DNA from: Bacteroidales bacterium
Lineage (GTDB): Bacteria > Bacteroidota > Bacteroidia > Bacteroidales > VadinHA17
Direction: 5' to 3'
DNA length: 64,000 bases
NCBI GenBank assembly: GCA_034002885.1
Contig: JAVEZS010000007.1
Span: forward strand, 28,228-92,227
The position numbers and the translations under genes were made by a program. Below, piece after piece: positions 33,852-43,439 of the stretch. The number at the start of each line of letters is the position of its first letter. Position 1 is the first letter of the stretch. A model generated the notes under the pieces. The model was not told where the DNA came from. It was given only the letters and a program-made list of their open reading frames with translations, and searched no databases.

Positions 33852-34145
33852 TCAGACAGCCCTTTCAATATCCCAGACAAAAGCCCTTATTCCGACCTCT
33901 TCATTGATCTGGTCAATTTTCCTGACAGCCGACAGAACGTCATCGACAAGTTCTCCTGGAATGACAGTCATTGCTATTTTGTTTATTTCGGGCCAGGCAT
34001 GCGTACCCAGATGGGGAACTCCTGTATTGCTGCCTCTGCCCTGAACATTCTCCCAGAGAGAATAACCTCTTATCCCGAGCTTGTCGAACAGGTACTCCAC
34101 CCTTTCGGTGTGAGCCTGGTTGAATATTATCATTACAGCTTTCAT
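33852..34145 (-). CDS. PII-like transporter-associated protein (PG0541-type)
   Basis: 97 aa; MKAVMI, GIRGYS, VQGRG, GTHAWP, GIRAFVW; last gene of the RND operon. Confidence 0.8.
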   Translation of the reverse strand: MKAVMIIFNQAHTERVEYLFDKLGIRGYSLWENVQGRGSNTGVPHLGTHAWPEINKIAMTVIPGELVDDVLSAVRKIDQINEEVGIRAFVWDIERAV

Positions 34146-34161
34146 CTTTTTTGAATTATGA

Positions 34162-34254
34162 TTATTTGATTTTAACCCTGAGGCAAGAAATAAACCAGCA
34201 TATCATTATAAGAACCATTATCCCGGCAGTAATCATGTAACATGCTGGATCCAT
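34162..34254 (-). CDS. Putative 30-aa single-pass membrane protein
   Basis: Manual translation MDPACYMITAGIMVLIMICWFISCLRVKIK; fills the RND-to-PII gap with 19-nt and 16-nt spacers. Confidence 0.6.
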   Translation of the reverse strand: MDPACYMITAGIMVLIMICWFISCLRVKIK

Positions 34255-34273
34255 TGTCTTCAGCTATAAGGAA

Positions 34274-37200
34274 CTATTTTTTATTCCCGTTCTTTTCATT
34301 CAGGAAATCCATTTCTGAATAAACGGCCAGGTGTCTGTTGCGTTCCCCTTTCCTTGCAAAGAGAACGTAGATGACAGGTACTACCACCAGAGTAACAAGC
34401 GTGGAGAATACCAGCCCTCCGATAACCGCGATACCCATGGGTTTCCACAGTTCCGAACCTGAACCTGAGCTAAGAGCCAGCGGAAGCATTCCGAGAATGG
34501 TCGTCGCAGAGGTCATAAGCACTGGCCTGAGCCTCGATCTTCCGGAAAATTCAACGGCTTCATAAAGCTCGTGTCCTCTCTCCCTCATGAGGTTGATAAA
34601 GTCGACCAGCACTATCGAGTTCTTCACAACGATACCGATAAGCATAACGGCTCCGATTGCAGAAATAACGCTCAACGTAGTGTTGGTTAGGAAGAGAGCT
34701 ATAGCTACTCCCGAAAATGCAAATGGAATGGCTATCATGATTATTACAGGCATCTTGAGCGATTCGAACTGTGATGCCATCACCAGGTAAACCAGGATCA
34801 GACTCACCAGTATCAGGAATGCAATATCCATAAAAGCTTCCATCTGTTCCTCAATGGCTCCTGAAATCTGAACCATAACACCGTAAGGTATACTGGTCTC
34901 ATCAATAATCTTTTGAATCTCGGTCTGAAGAACTGTAAGCGATTCCTTGTAAGGCGTGAATGAAACCATAACTATCCTTTCCCTCCTTTGCCTCTGAATG
35001 CTTGGCGGAGCCCAGTATTCCTTGATCTGGGCAATCTCGGCAAGTCTTATGACCTGTCCGGCCGGGTTGGTGATGCCTATATTCTCGATATCAGTCAGCG
35101 TCTGCCTGGCTTTCTCCTCAAACCTGACCACAACATCGTACTCGTCGCCCGCCTGTCTGAGTCTGGTGGCAGTCATACCGCCTACCCTGTTCCTGATTGC
35201 CATCGAAACGGTCGCAGTGTTCAGACCGTTCGTTATCATCTTGTTCTGATCAAGAATTATCTGAAGTTCAGGTTTTGATTTATCCCTGCTGATCGTCACA
35301 TCCTTTGCTCCCGGTAGTTGCCTGATCCTGGCTGCAATTTCCTCGGCAACTATATTGGTTTCCGAGATATTGTAACCATATATTTCAACATCTACGGTGT
35401 TGCCCCCGAAGGAGCCCATATCTTCAGAAGTGCTGACCGAATAGTCAGTTATCTCAGGGATTCCGGCCAGGTCGGCCCTTATCTCTTCAGCAATGGTGAT
35501 AACATCCTTCTCCCTCTCGTCAGGATCGACAAGACTGAGTGTATATGTAATAACGTGAGTTCCTCCGGCTCCGAACATCGATGAGAAGCCTCCCTCATCA
35601 TCGACACCGGTCGATGACGACAGCAATTCAATCTCAGGGTATTTGGCCTGAAGAATCTTGTCGATTTTGTCGGTCGTCTTCATTGTCTCATCTACCCTGG
35701 TTCCCGTCTGCAATTCCACTGTCATTGTAACCTGCGACTGGTCGGCCTGCGGGAAGAACTCAGTATCAATGAACATGAACAGAAGCATTGATCCTACGAA
35801 AACCAGAATTGCAGCGATAACTGTAAACCTCTTGTGGTGTAGGACCCAGTTGATGGTTCTTCCATAGAAGCCATCAAAGGAGTCCAGCCACTTACGGATA
35901 CTCCCGTCATATGTCCAGAAAGGTGCGTCCTTCCTGATCGGATACCATTTCAGCAACAGCGCGCTCATTGTAGGTGTCAGGGTAATAGCAGCAATCACCG
36001 ATGTAAGAATTGTGATTGTAACAAGCATACCGAGCTGTTTGAAAAGAACGCCTGTAAGGCCGGTTACGAATGTCAGCGGGAAGAACACGGCCACTACTGT
36101 AAGCGTTGATACGATGACGGCCAGCCACACTTCATTGGTTGCATAGATGGCGGCCTCTCTCGGCCTGCTTCCCCTCTCCACATGTTTTGTTATATTCTCC
36201 AGTACTACAATGGCATCGTCAACCACCATCCCGATGGCTATCGAGAGCGATGTCAGCGAGATTATATTTACCGACTCTCCCGTGACAAACAGGTATATGA
36301 ATGCCACAACGAGTGATATCGGGATTGTTACAATTATTATAAGTGTTGCCCTCCATCTTCCAAGGAAGAAAAGCACTACCAGAATAACGAATATTCCCGC
36401 GTACATAAGGGTCTCGGTAAGGTTGTTCACGGAGTCCTTGATAAAGGTTGCGCTGTCGAACATCTTTTCTATCCTGACATCAGCCGGCAGATCCTTTTCA
36501 AGGGTCAGGAGAGCTTCCTCTATTTCCTTGGTTACTTTTACAGTATTCCCTCCGGACTGTTTCTGAACAAACATTGTCATGCCCTGACGGCCGTTGACCC
36601 TGGTATCGAGCTTGGATTCGCGGATTGTATCGCGCACCACTGCCACATCCCTCAGGTAAACATTATTGCCGTTATAGCTGCTTACAACGATATCCTTTAT
36701 GATATCGCTCTCCGGGAATTCTCCCTGTATCCTGAGAGGATAATCGGTCTGGCCCATTTCGATATAGCCTGCAGGCAGGTTCATGTTCTCGGCTGCAAGT
36801 ACCCCCCCTATCTGTTCAATGGTGAGGTGGTAGGCTTCCATTTTCCTCGGATCGACATCAATGTAAACCTTTCTTCCGGGTACTCCTGCCAGGCTAACAG
36901 ATCCGACACCTTCGATCCTGTTAAGTGGATTTACTATTTTCTCATCCAGAATCTTCTCCAGACCCCTGTAACTCTCCTGAGCCGTTATTGCATAGAAGAT
37001 AATGGGCATCATGCTGGAGTTGAATTTCATGACGGTTGGCTTTTCGGAATCCTCAGGAAGATAGTTCTCAATGAAACTGAGGTTACTCCTGATGTCGTTT
37101 GTAGCCTCATCGAGGTTTGTCCCATATTCAAAATTCATGAATATCACCGAAAGTCCGTCGCTTGAAGTTGAAGTCATCTCCTTCAGATTGGCGACAGAGT

Positions 37201-37414
37201 TAAGGGCATCCTCTACCGGTCGTGTAATATTGGTTTCAATATCCGACGCGCTTGTCCCGGGGTACGTGGTGACAACACCCACGAACGGAAGTTCGATTTC
37301 CGGGTAAAGGTCAACCGGCAGCTGTGTCAGTGAATATAGGCCCATAACCATCAGCCCGACAAAAATCAGGATGGTTGTTACAGGTCTGTTGACAGAAGTG
37401 CTGTATATGCTCAT
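34274..37414 (-). CDS. RND efflux permease (AcrB/AcrD/AcrF family)
   Basis: 1046 aa; LPVDLYP, IGMVVDDAIVVLEN, GIVVKNSIVLVD, RLRPVLMT. Confidence 0.95.
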   Translation of the reverse strand: MSIYSTSVNRPVTTILIFVGLMVMGLYSLTQLPVDLYPEIELPFVGVVTTYPGTSASDIETNITRPVEDALNSVANLKEMTSTSSDGLSVIFMNFEYGTNLDEATNDIRSNLSFIENYLPEDSEKPTVMKFNSSMMPIIFYAITAQESYRGLEKILDEKIVNPLNRIEGVGSVSLAGVPGRKVYIDVDPRKMEAYHLTIEQIGGVLAAENMNLPAGYIEMGQTDYPLRIQGEFPESDIIKDIVVSSYNGNNVYLRDVAVVRDTIRESKLDTRVNGRQGMTMFVQKQSGGNTVKVTKEIEEALLTLEKDLPADVRIEKMFDSATFIKDSVNNLTETLMYAGIFVILVVLFFLGRWRATLIIIVTIPISLVVAFIYLFVTGESVNIISLTSLSIAIGMVVDDAIVVLENITKHVERGSRPREAAIYATNEVWLAVIVSTLTVVAVFFPLTFVTGLTGVLFKQLGMLVTITILTSVIAAITLTPTMSALLLKWYPIRKDAPFWTYDGSIRKWLDSFDGFYGRTINWVLHHKRFTVIAAILVFVGSMLLFMFIDTEFFPQADQSQVTMTVELQTGTRVDETMKTTDKIDKILQAKYPEIELLSSSTGVDDEGGFSSMFGAGGTHVITYTLSLVDPDEREKDVITIAEEIRADLAGIPEITDYSVSTSEDMGSFGGNTVDVEIYGYNISETNIVAEEIAARIRQLPGAKDVTISRDKSKPELQIILDQNKMITNGLNTATVSMAIRNRVGGMTATRLRQAGDEYDVVVRFEEKARQTLTDIENIGITNPAGQVIRLAEIAQIKEYWAPPSIQRQRRERIVMVSFTPYKESLTVLQTEIQKIIDETSIPYGVMVQISGAIEEQMEAFMDIAFLILVSLILVYLVMASQFESLKMPVIIMIAIPFAFSGVAIALFLTNTTLSVISAIGAVMLIGIVVKNSIVLVDFINLMRERGHELYEAVEFSGRSRLRPVLMTSATTILGMLPLALSSGSGSELWKPMGIAVIGGLVFSTLVTLVVVPVIYVLFARKGERNRHLAVYSEMDFLNEKNGNKK

Positions 37415-37433
37415 CTTATTTCTTTTGTATAAC

Positions 37434-38495
37434 TTATTGAATTATCTCAAGCTTATCCCCGTTAAGAAGTTTCGACTGGCCCTCCGTTACAAGTCTGCTC
37501 CCCTCGCTCAGGTTATCTGAAATAATCTCAAGCTGGTCGTCAAATCTTTTTCCTATGGTAACCTCGATCCGGTTTGCGATACCCTGATCCTCGGTGAATA
37601 CGTAACGGATGTTGGTCCCCTCCTGCATCAGAACCGATGCTGCAGGCACAACGAAAGTCTCAACTTCTCCGAGGTCCATCGACACTCTCACGAACATGCC
37701 GGGTTTCAGAAGATCATTCCTGTTGGGAAGCTCTATCTCGGCAATAAAGGTCCTGGTTGCAGAACTGACAGTCGGAGCTTTTCTGAATACGGTTCCGGTG
37801 AAAACCTGATTGTTGTAAACGTCGGCTTTAATGCTTGCTTTCATGCCCCTTTTTACAAGGGGATAATACTGTTCCGAAACTGCAACCTCAACCTTCAGAG
37901 GATTAACCTGCATCAGTGTAACTACAGCAGACCTTCCTGTTGTAGTTGTGGGTGTTCCGGAGTAAATTTCGCCGTCTTCGAAGTATTTTCCCGTTATTAT
38001 CCCGCTGAACGGAGCTTTCAGGAGAGTGTTCTCCTCCATGAAATCCACATTGGTCTTAGTAACGTCATATTGAGTCTTGAGCTGGTCATACTGCTGCTGT
38101 TTTGCGCTTCCGGTGGCCAGTAGCGTATCGAGCCTCGAGAGGTCCTTCTCAAGGCTGGCCAGTTGCAGTTTGAGCTGGTACAGCTGCGAACGGTCCATCA
38201 GGAACAGCTGATCTCCCTTGTTAACCCTGTCGCCGTTTTCTACATAAATCTTTTCAATCCTTCCCGGAGTTGCCGGAGCCATGTTGACCTCCTCAAACGG
38301 AAGAACAGTGGCAGTGTAATCGATAGTCCTTGAGATTTTGGTCTTTGCAAGAGTCTCAACCCTCACCGGCACAGCTGTCTTTTCCGAAGCCTGGGCTATT
38401 CCGGAGGCGGCCGGATCATTTCCTTTGTTGGGTGAACAGGCTGTAAGTATCAGCCCGCCTGCCAGAACTGCCTGAATTGTTCTTAAGTATTTCAT
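37434..38495 (-). CDS. RND periplasmic adaptor (membrane fusion lipoprotein)
   Basis: LTAC lipobox; APFSGII, LKPGMF. Confidence 0.93.
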   Translation of the reverse strand: MKYLRTIQAVLAGGLILTACSPNKGNDPAASGIAQASEKTAVPVRVETLAKTKISRTIDYTATVLPFEEVNMAPATPGRIEKIYVENGDRVNKGDQLFLMDRSQLYQLKLQLASLEKDLSRLDTLLATGSAKQQQYDQLKTQYDVTKTNVDFMEENTLLKAPFSGIITGKYFEDGEIYSGTPTTTTGRSAVVTLMQVNPLKVEVAVSEQYYPLVKRGMKASIKADVYNNQVFTGTVFRKAPTVSSATRTFIAEIELPNRNDLLKPGMFVRVSMDLGEVETFVVPAASVLMQEGTNIRYVFTEDQGIANRIEVTIGKRFDDQLEIISDNLSEGSRLVTEGQSKLLNGDKLEIIQ

Positions 38496-38518
38496 TGTTC
38501 CTTTTTGTTATTTCGTGT

Positions 38519-39874
38519 TTAGATATTGTTTAAAAGCTTGTCGAGTGCGACCTTGGTCTGAAGGAGGTCCATAAGGGCAGTGAGGTAATTGCTTTCGGCC
38601 TGCAGATACTGGTTGCTCGCTTGCGTGAGATCGATGCTGGAGGCCATTCCCTGCCTGAACTTGTTTTCTGTGCTCTCATAAACCCTCTTCGATACTTCGA
38701 GATTATCCTTCTGACTCATGTACTGAAGGTTGGCATTCACCAGGTTGTACCTGAGCTGACTTTCCTGCAGCAGAAGCTGTTCGGCGACCAGCTCCTTTGT
38801 AGTCCTTGCCTTTTTAAGATTGATCTGTGCCTGCTTTATCCTTGAATATCTCTGGCCTCCGGCAAAAATCGGAACCGAAAGGTTGAGACCGACCATTGAG
38901 TTGTCAAACCATTGCTGGTCGTTTATCTTGTCTCCCATTCCATTCTTGCCGTAGTTGTAAAAACCTGCAAGAGTAGGAAGTGTCGAAGCTTTCTGCGATT
39001 TGAGAGTTAGCTCCGAGATCATCTCCTGTCCCTCGACGAGCTTAAAGTCGATATTCTGCCTGTGATCAAATTCCTGCGACAACAAGACCTCAACGTTTAT
39101 TGCTTCAGTCAGACTCTCAAGGGTTTCAGTCAGATTTAGAACTGTCCCGGCCGGGACACCAAGCTGAAACCTCAACAGATTATAATTCAGTTCTATAGTT
39201 CTCTCAAGGGCAGTCTTGCTGTTCTCCACCTGTGTTACATTTAATACCATCTGGTCGACATCGGTCGATTCGGCCATACCAGCTGAAAACATCGACCTGG
39301 TCGATTTCATTAACTCGTTCATGTTTACTATATTCTCCTCAAGCAGTTGGAGCGACTTTTCAGAAACAAGGATCAGAAAATATGCAGCGCTGACTGATTC
39401 CTTCGTATCAAGCTCCGACTTCTGAAGACTTTGCTGTGACAGTTTCTGGACAAGCCTGTTTGTTTCAATGCCGATATAAAGCGGGGCGTTGAAAAGCAAA
39501 AGGCTGACATCCATAGATGCGCTTGTGTTGAACTGGCTCCCGAAGGTGACCGGTATCTTTGTCCCGGGCTGTCCGAAGAATTCACCGGGCAGAAGGGTTG
39601 TCATAAGCTTCAGGTTGTCGGCAAAGGTCCCTGATAAACTGACTTGCGGAAGAGCAGCTGAGATTGTTTCCCACAAAGCTGCCTTCGATGCCTCAACATC
39701 GGCGCGGGCATTTATCACCGCCTTGTTGTGCGACAGGGCATAATCCTGAGCCTCCATAAGGGAAAGCTTTAAGACGTCCGTACCCTTCTGCGCAAACACT
39801 CCTGTCCAGGACAAACAGGACATAAGCACTGTTCCTATCAAAATTTTCCTTTTCATATGCTTCCTATTATTCAT
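38519..39874 (-). CDS. TolC-family outer-membrane channel
   Basis: Signal peptide; LSLMEAQDYAL, VGLNLSVPIFAGG. The start may be 39856. Confidence 0.92.
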   Translation of the reverse strand: MNNRKHMKRKILIGTVLMSCLSWTGVFAQKGTDVLKLSLMEAQDYALSHNKAVINARADVEASKAALWETISAALPQVSLSGTFADNLKLMTTLLPGEFFGQPGTKIPVTFGSQFNTSASMDVSLLLFNAPLYIGIETNRLVQKLSQQSLQKSELDTKESVSAAYFLILVSEKSLQLLEENIVNMNELMKSTRSMFSAGMAESTDVDQMVLNVTQVENSKTALERTIELNYNLLRFQLGVPAGTVLNLTETLESLTEAINVEVLLSQEFDHRQNIDFKLVEGQEMISELTLKSQKASTLPTLAGFYNYGKNGMGDKINDQQWFDNSMVGLNLSVPIFAGGQRYSRIKQAQINLKKARTTKELVAEQLLLQESQLRYNLVNANLQYMSQKDNLEVSKRVYESTENKFRQGMASSIDLTQASNQYLQAESNYLTALMDLLQTKVALDKLLNNI

Positions 39875-39892
39875 CTTTAATCTGTTATCACT

Positions 39893-40510
39893 TCAATTCG
39901 TTGATTTTTGCCTGGCGTCATACCTGTTTATCAGATCAAGACCCTTCTGGGTGGATATTCCCCTGAGAAAATTGATGTAAAAATTCCTGACGGAGTTGAT
40001 GCACTCCGAACTGTCGTATGGAAGGATGTCCTTGTCGTTCGACATCTTCAGGACCTCTGTCATCAACCGTCCGGTTGCCTCCACATCGATATCCTCCCTG
40101 AAAACACCCTCTTTGATACCTTTGTTCAGGATCTCCTCATTGTACGAAAAATAAGGAAGCTCCTTGATCATGTCGGTGTAATCGCCGAGATCTTTTTTAA
40201 CCCTTTTCATATCAAGATGAAAAGCAGGCGACATCTTCTGAAAATGCTCGAACATAAGGTCCAGCATCCTGAAAATAGCTTCAATTATATCCTTCGATTC
40301 ATTAACATATTCAAAGAAAACTTCTGTCTGCTTTTCCAACATCCATTTCAGAACACCTCTCAGCAGTTCCTCCTTGTCACTGAAAACCTCATAAATAGTC
40401 CTTTTGGAAATACTCATCCTTGAAGCCAGCATGTCCATCGTCACGGCTCTTATACCGTACGTCCTGAACATCTCTGCAGCTTCTTCGAGTATTCTTTGCC
40501 TGTAATCCAC
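39893..40510 (-). CDS. TetR/AcrR family regulator
   Basis: GTG start; GIRAVTMDMLASRMSISKRTIYEVFSDKEEL helix-turn-helix. Confidence 0.92.
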   Translation of the reverse strand: MDYRQRILEEAAEMFRTYGIRAVTMDMLASRMSISKRTIYEVFSDKEELLRGVLKWMLEKQTEVFFEYVNESKDIIEAIFRMLDLMFEHFQKMSPAFHLDMKRVKKDLGDYTDMIKELPYFSYNEEILNKGIKEGVFREDIDVEATGRLMTEVLKMSNDKDILPYDSSECINSVRNFYINFLRGISTQKGLDLINRYDARQKSTN

Positions 40511-40537
40511 TTTTGAAAATTAGACCCGCAAAAATGA

Positions 40538-40565
40538 GAAAACTTTTTTAGTTTTGAAAGTTTTC
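40538..40565. promoter_or_regulatory. Putative TetR operator
   Basis: Perfect 9-bp inverted repeat GAAAACTTT-N10-AAAGTTTTC, next to a -7-like CATTTTTG upstream of tetR. Confidence 0.65.
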
Positions 40566-40734
40566 TTTGTTGAATTCCGGATAAATTCAGTAAAAACACG
40601 AAATTTACCGGTGAATGGAGAACAGTACGAGATACAATACCTGAATGGCAGATTAAAAGTTTTACCATATAACACTGATAATAAATATAATAGTATTAAA
40701 TGCCGGGGTTCAGCCACTATAATTAAACTTAAAA

Positions 40735-41535
40735 ATGAAAAACAGGAGAATCATTTACCAGGTCGATGCGTTTGCCAGCGAACCCTTTAAAGGCAACCCT
40801 GCAGGAGTCTGTATACTTGAAAAAGAAGAGTCAGATGACTGGATGCAAAAAATTGCCGCGGAATTGCATGTTTCAGAAACAGCTTTTATAGTTCCCGGAA
40901 AAGACGCATATAAAATAAGGTATTTTACTCCCGAATCGGAAGTTCCGCTGTGTGGGCATGCCACTCTTTCTTCTGCACATATAATGTACGAAACGGGGAT
41001 TATCGCTGCTGAGGAAGGAATTGTATTCAGCTCCCGGGCAGGGATCCTTAATGTGAGAAAAGCAATCGACTGGATTGTGCTCGATTTTCCCGCTTACGGA
41101 CTTGTTAAGCATCCTGTGCCCTCCGACCTCCGGAAATATCTGGGTACAGAGCCTCTTGAGTATCACCGAACAGCTCACGGCTGGGCTTTTGTGCTTCTCT
41201 CCGGCGAGGAGGAAGTCCGCGGTCTTGAGCCCGACTTTGCAGCCATGAAGAAATCTCCGTATGGTGATCTTATTGTCACGGCGTCCTCATCCGATCCTGA
41301 ATACGACTTCTGCGTAAGATGCTTTGCCCCGGCGCTGGGGATTAACGAAGACCCGGTGACAGGCTCCGCTCACTGTGCCCTGGTTCCTTTCTGGAGTAAA
41401 AAGACAGGCAGAAGGGAGTTTGTTTCACACCAGGTATCGGCAAGAGAAGGAGTTCTGAAAGTCTCTCTGAACGGAGAGAGAGTTGATATAGCCGGACAGG
41501 CAGTCACAATATTCAAAGCCGAACTCAATTTATGA
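40735..41535 (+). CDS. PhzF-family isomerase/epimerase
   Basis: VDAF, GNPAGV, SETAF, EVPLCGHATL, EDPVTGSA. Confidence 0.92.
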   Translation: MKNRRIIYQVDAFASEPFKGNPAGVCILEKEESDDWMQKIAAELHVSETAFIVPGKDAYKIRYFTPESEVPLCGHATLSSAHIMYETGIIAAEEGIVFSSRAGILNVRKAIDWIVLDFPAYGLVKHPVPSDLRKYLGTEPLEYHRTAHGWAFVLLSGEEEVRGLEPDFAAMKKSPYGDLIVTASSSDPEYDFCVRCFAPALGINEDPVTGSAHCALVPFWSKKTGRREFVSHQVSAREGVLKVSLNGERVDIAGQAVTIFKAELNL

Positions 41536-41608
41536 AACTGGTTCCGGAGAAAAACCGATACGACCAGATAAATCAGGAATCACGGAATACTAAATAATCA
41601 TCAAAGCT

Positions 41609-42076
41609 ATGGAAAAAAATCCCGAAACTATCATCACTGAACTTGGCCTTGAGCTGCCGCCTCCACCCAAAGCCATGGGTGTTTATAAACCTGTACTAAT
41701 CATCGGCAGCATGCTTTATGTCTCCGGACAGGGACCCCTGAAATCCGACGGAACCCTTATCAAAGGAAGGGTCGGTGCCGACCTGTCACTGGAAGAAGGG
41801 AAGCATGCAGCAAGGCAGGTGGGACTATCGATGCTTTCGCTCATAAAATCCAGCATAGGCGATCTTGGAAAAATAAAAAGACTGGTAAAAACACTTGGAA
41901 TGGTAAACAGCACGCCGGATTTCGGAGCCCATCCTGCTGTCATCAACGGATTCAGCGAACTGATGTCCGACGTCTTCGGTTCCGACAACGGTGTTGGAGT
42001 GAGAAGTGCGGTAGGAATGTTCCTCCCTAACAATATTGCTGTTGAAATAGAGGCAATGTTTGAACTGAAGGACTGA
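41609..42076 (+). CDS. Rid (YjgF/YER057c/UK114) family protein
   Basis: LYVSGQGP, INGFSEL, RSAVG, AVEIE. Confidence 0.9.
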   Translation: MEKNPETIITELGLELPPPPKAMGVYKPVLIIGSMLYVSGQGPLKSDGTLIKGRVGADLSLEEGKHAARQVGLSMLSLIKSSIGDLGKIKRLVKTLGMVNSTPDFGAHPAVINGFSELMSDVFGSDNGVGVRSAVGMFLPNNIAVEIEAMFELKD

Positions 42077-42078
42077 GA

Positions 42079-43206
42079 ATGGGAAATGATACGGAAAACC
42101 TGGGACACTGGTATGTGATCTCAAATGCCGGAGAGGTAAGCTCCCCTGCCCTTCTGGTATATCCTCAGCGTATAGAGGCCAATATCGCACGAATGATTTC
42201 CATTGCCGGCGATGTACGCCGGCTGAGACCTCATGTTAAGACTCACAAGACGCCTGCTATTGTAAGAATGCTGACAGATCAGGGTATCAATAAATTCAAA
42301 TGCGCAACCATTGCAGAGGCGGAAATGACAGCAGGCGCCGGGGCAACTGACATCCTCCTTGCACTTCAGCCGGTCGGACCGAATATTAACAGGTTCTTTG
42401 AACTTAAAAGAATATTTCCTTCAATAACCTTTTCCTGCATCGCCGATTGCGATACAGTGATAAGAGAATTGTCAGAACGTTCGGCAAGCCTTGGTCTCGT
42501 AATTCCGGTTTGGCTCGACCTGAACACCGGAATGAACCGGACAGGTAGTATTCCCGGCAAACAAGCTGTTGATCTTTACAGGCTTATATCTGAACTTCCC
42601 GGACTCACGACTGGCGGTCTTCACGCCTACGACGGACACATACACGATAATGATCTGACAGTCAGAAAGCAAAAATGTGATGAAGCTTACAAGGGGGTGA
42701 CCTACATGATCAGTGAAATAAGCCGCTTCCAACCTGGCAATATTAATGTTGTGGCAGGAGGTTCACCCACCTTTGCCATACATGCTGCCAGGGAGGGAGT
42801 CGAAACCAGTCCGGGCACCGTCATTCTGTGGGATTATGGTTACGGCACCTCATTCACCGATATGAAATACCTGAGTGCAGCCGTTTTGCTTTCGCGCGTT
42901 ATCAGCAAGCCTGCTGACGATCTGATCTGCATAGACCTCGGTCACAAGGCTGTGGCCTCAGAGATGCCTCACCCGAGGTTAAAGCTATGCGGATATGACA
43001 ACTATGAATTCGTAGCCCACAACGAGGAACACCTGGTTATCAGGCTTCCTGAAGCCGGGAAGATGAAGGTCGGCGATGCTGTTTACTGTATCCCGTGGCA
43101 TATCTGCCCTACGGTCGACCGTCACGACATGGCATTCGTTGTCGAAGAAGGACGGGTAACAGGTCAGTGGCGTATAGAGGCGAGACGAAGGGTGATAAGT
43201 GTGTGA
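42079..43206 (+). CDS. Fold-type III PLP enzyme, D-threonine aldolase / D-serine dehydratase-like
   Basis: LRPHVKTHK, KCATIAEAE, GMNRTG, HAYDGH, EEHL, PWHICPT. Confidence 0.88.
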   Translation: MGNDTENLGHWYVISNAGEVSSPALLVYPQRIEANIARMISIAGDVRRLRPHVKTHKTPAIVRMLTDQGINKFKCATIAEAEMTAGAGATDILLALQPVGPNINRFFELKRIFPSITFSCIADCDTVIRELSERSASLGLVIPVWLDLNTGMNRTGSIPGKQAVDLYRLISELPGLTTGGLHAYDGHIHDNDLTVRKQKCDEAYKGVTYMISEISRFQPGNINVVAGGSPTFAIHAAREGVETSPGTVILWDYGYGTSFTDMKYLSAAVLLSRVISKPADDLICIDLGHKAVASEMPHPRLKLCGYDNYEFVAHNEEHLVIRLPEAGKMKVGDAVYCIPWHICPTVDRHDMAFVVEEGRVTGQWRIEARRRVISV

Positions 43207-43207
43207 G

Positions 43208-43312
43208 GGCGTAAGTAGTGAAGCGTGAGGCGTTGGGCGTAAGGCGTAAGGCGTGAGGCGTGAGGCGTGAGGCGTGAGGCGTAAGGCGTGAGGCGTAAGT
43301 AGTGAGGCATTA
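43208..43312 (+). repeat. Heptamer tandem array, ~15 x GGCGTGA/GGCGTAA
   Basis: Read directly; starts right after the stop codon at 43206. Confidence 0.9.
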
Positions 43313-43381
43313 GGAAAACCCGTTGGCATCGACAGTACTATTTTGCCCTGCGGCCTGTGCCCTGAATGAACCGTTTGCTGC

Positions 43382-43437
43382 TAACCAGCAACAAGCAACA
43401 AGCAACAAGCAACAAGCAACAAGCAACCAGCAACCAG
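43382..43437 (+). repeat. Heptamer tandem array, 8 x CAACAAG/CAACCAG
   Basis: Read directly; ends next to the convergent stop codon at 43440. Confidence 0.9.
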
Positions 43438-43439
43438 CC

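Noticed and set aside
43208..43437. CRISPR array
   Set aside because: 7-bp tandem units without unique spacers, and no cas genes.
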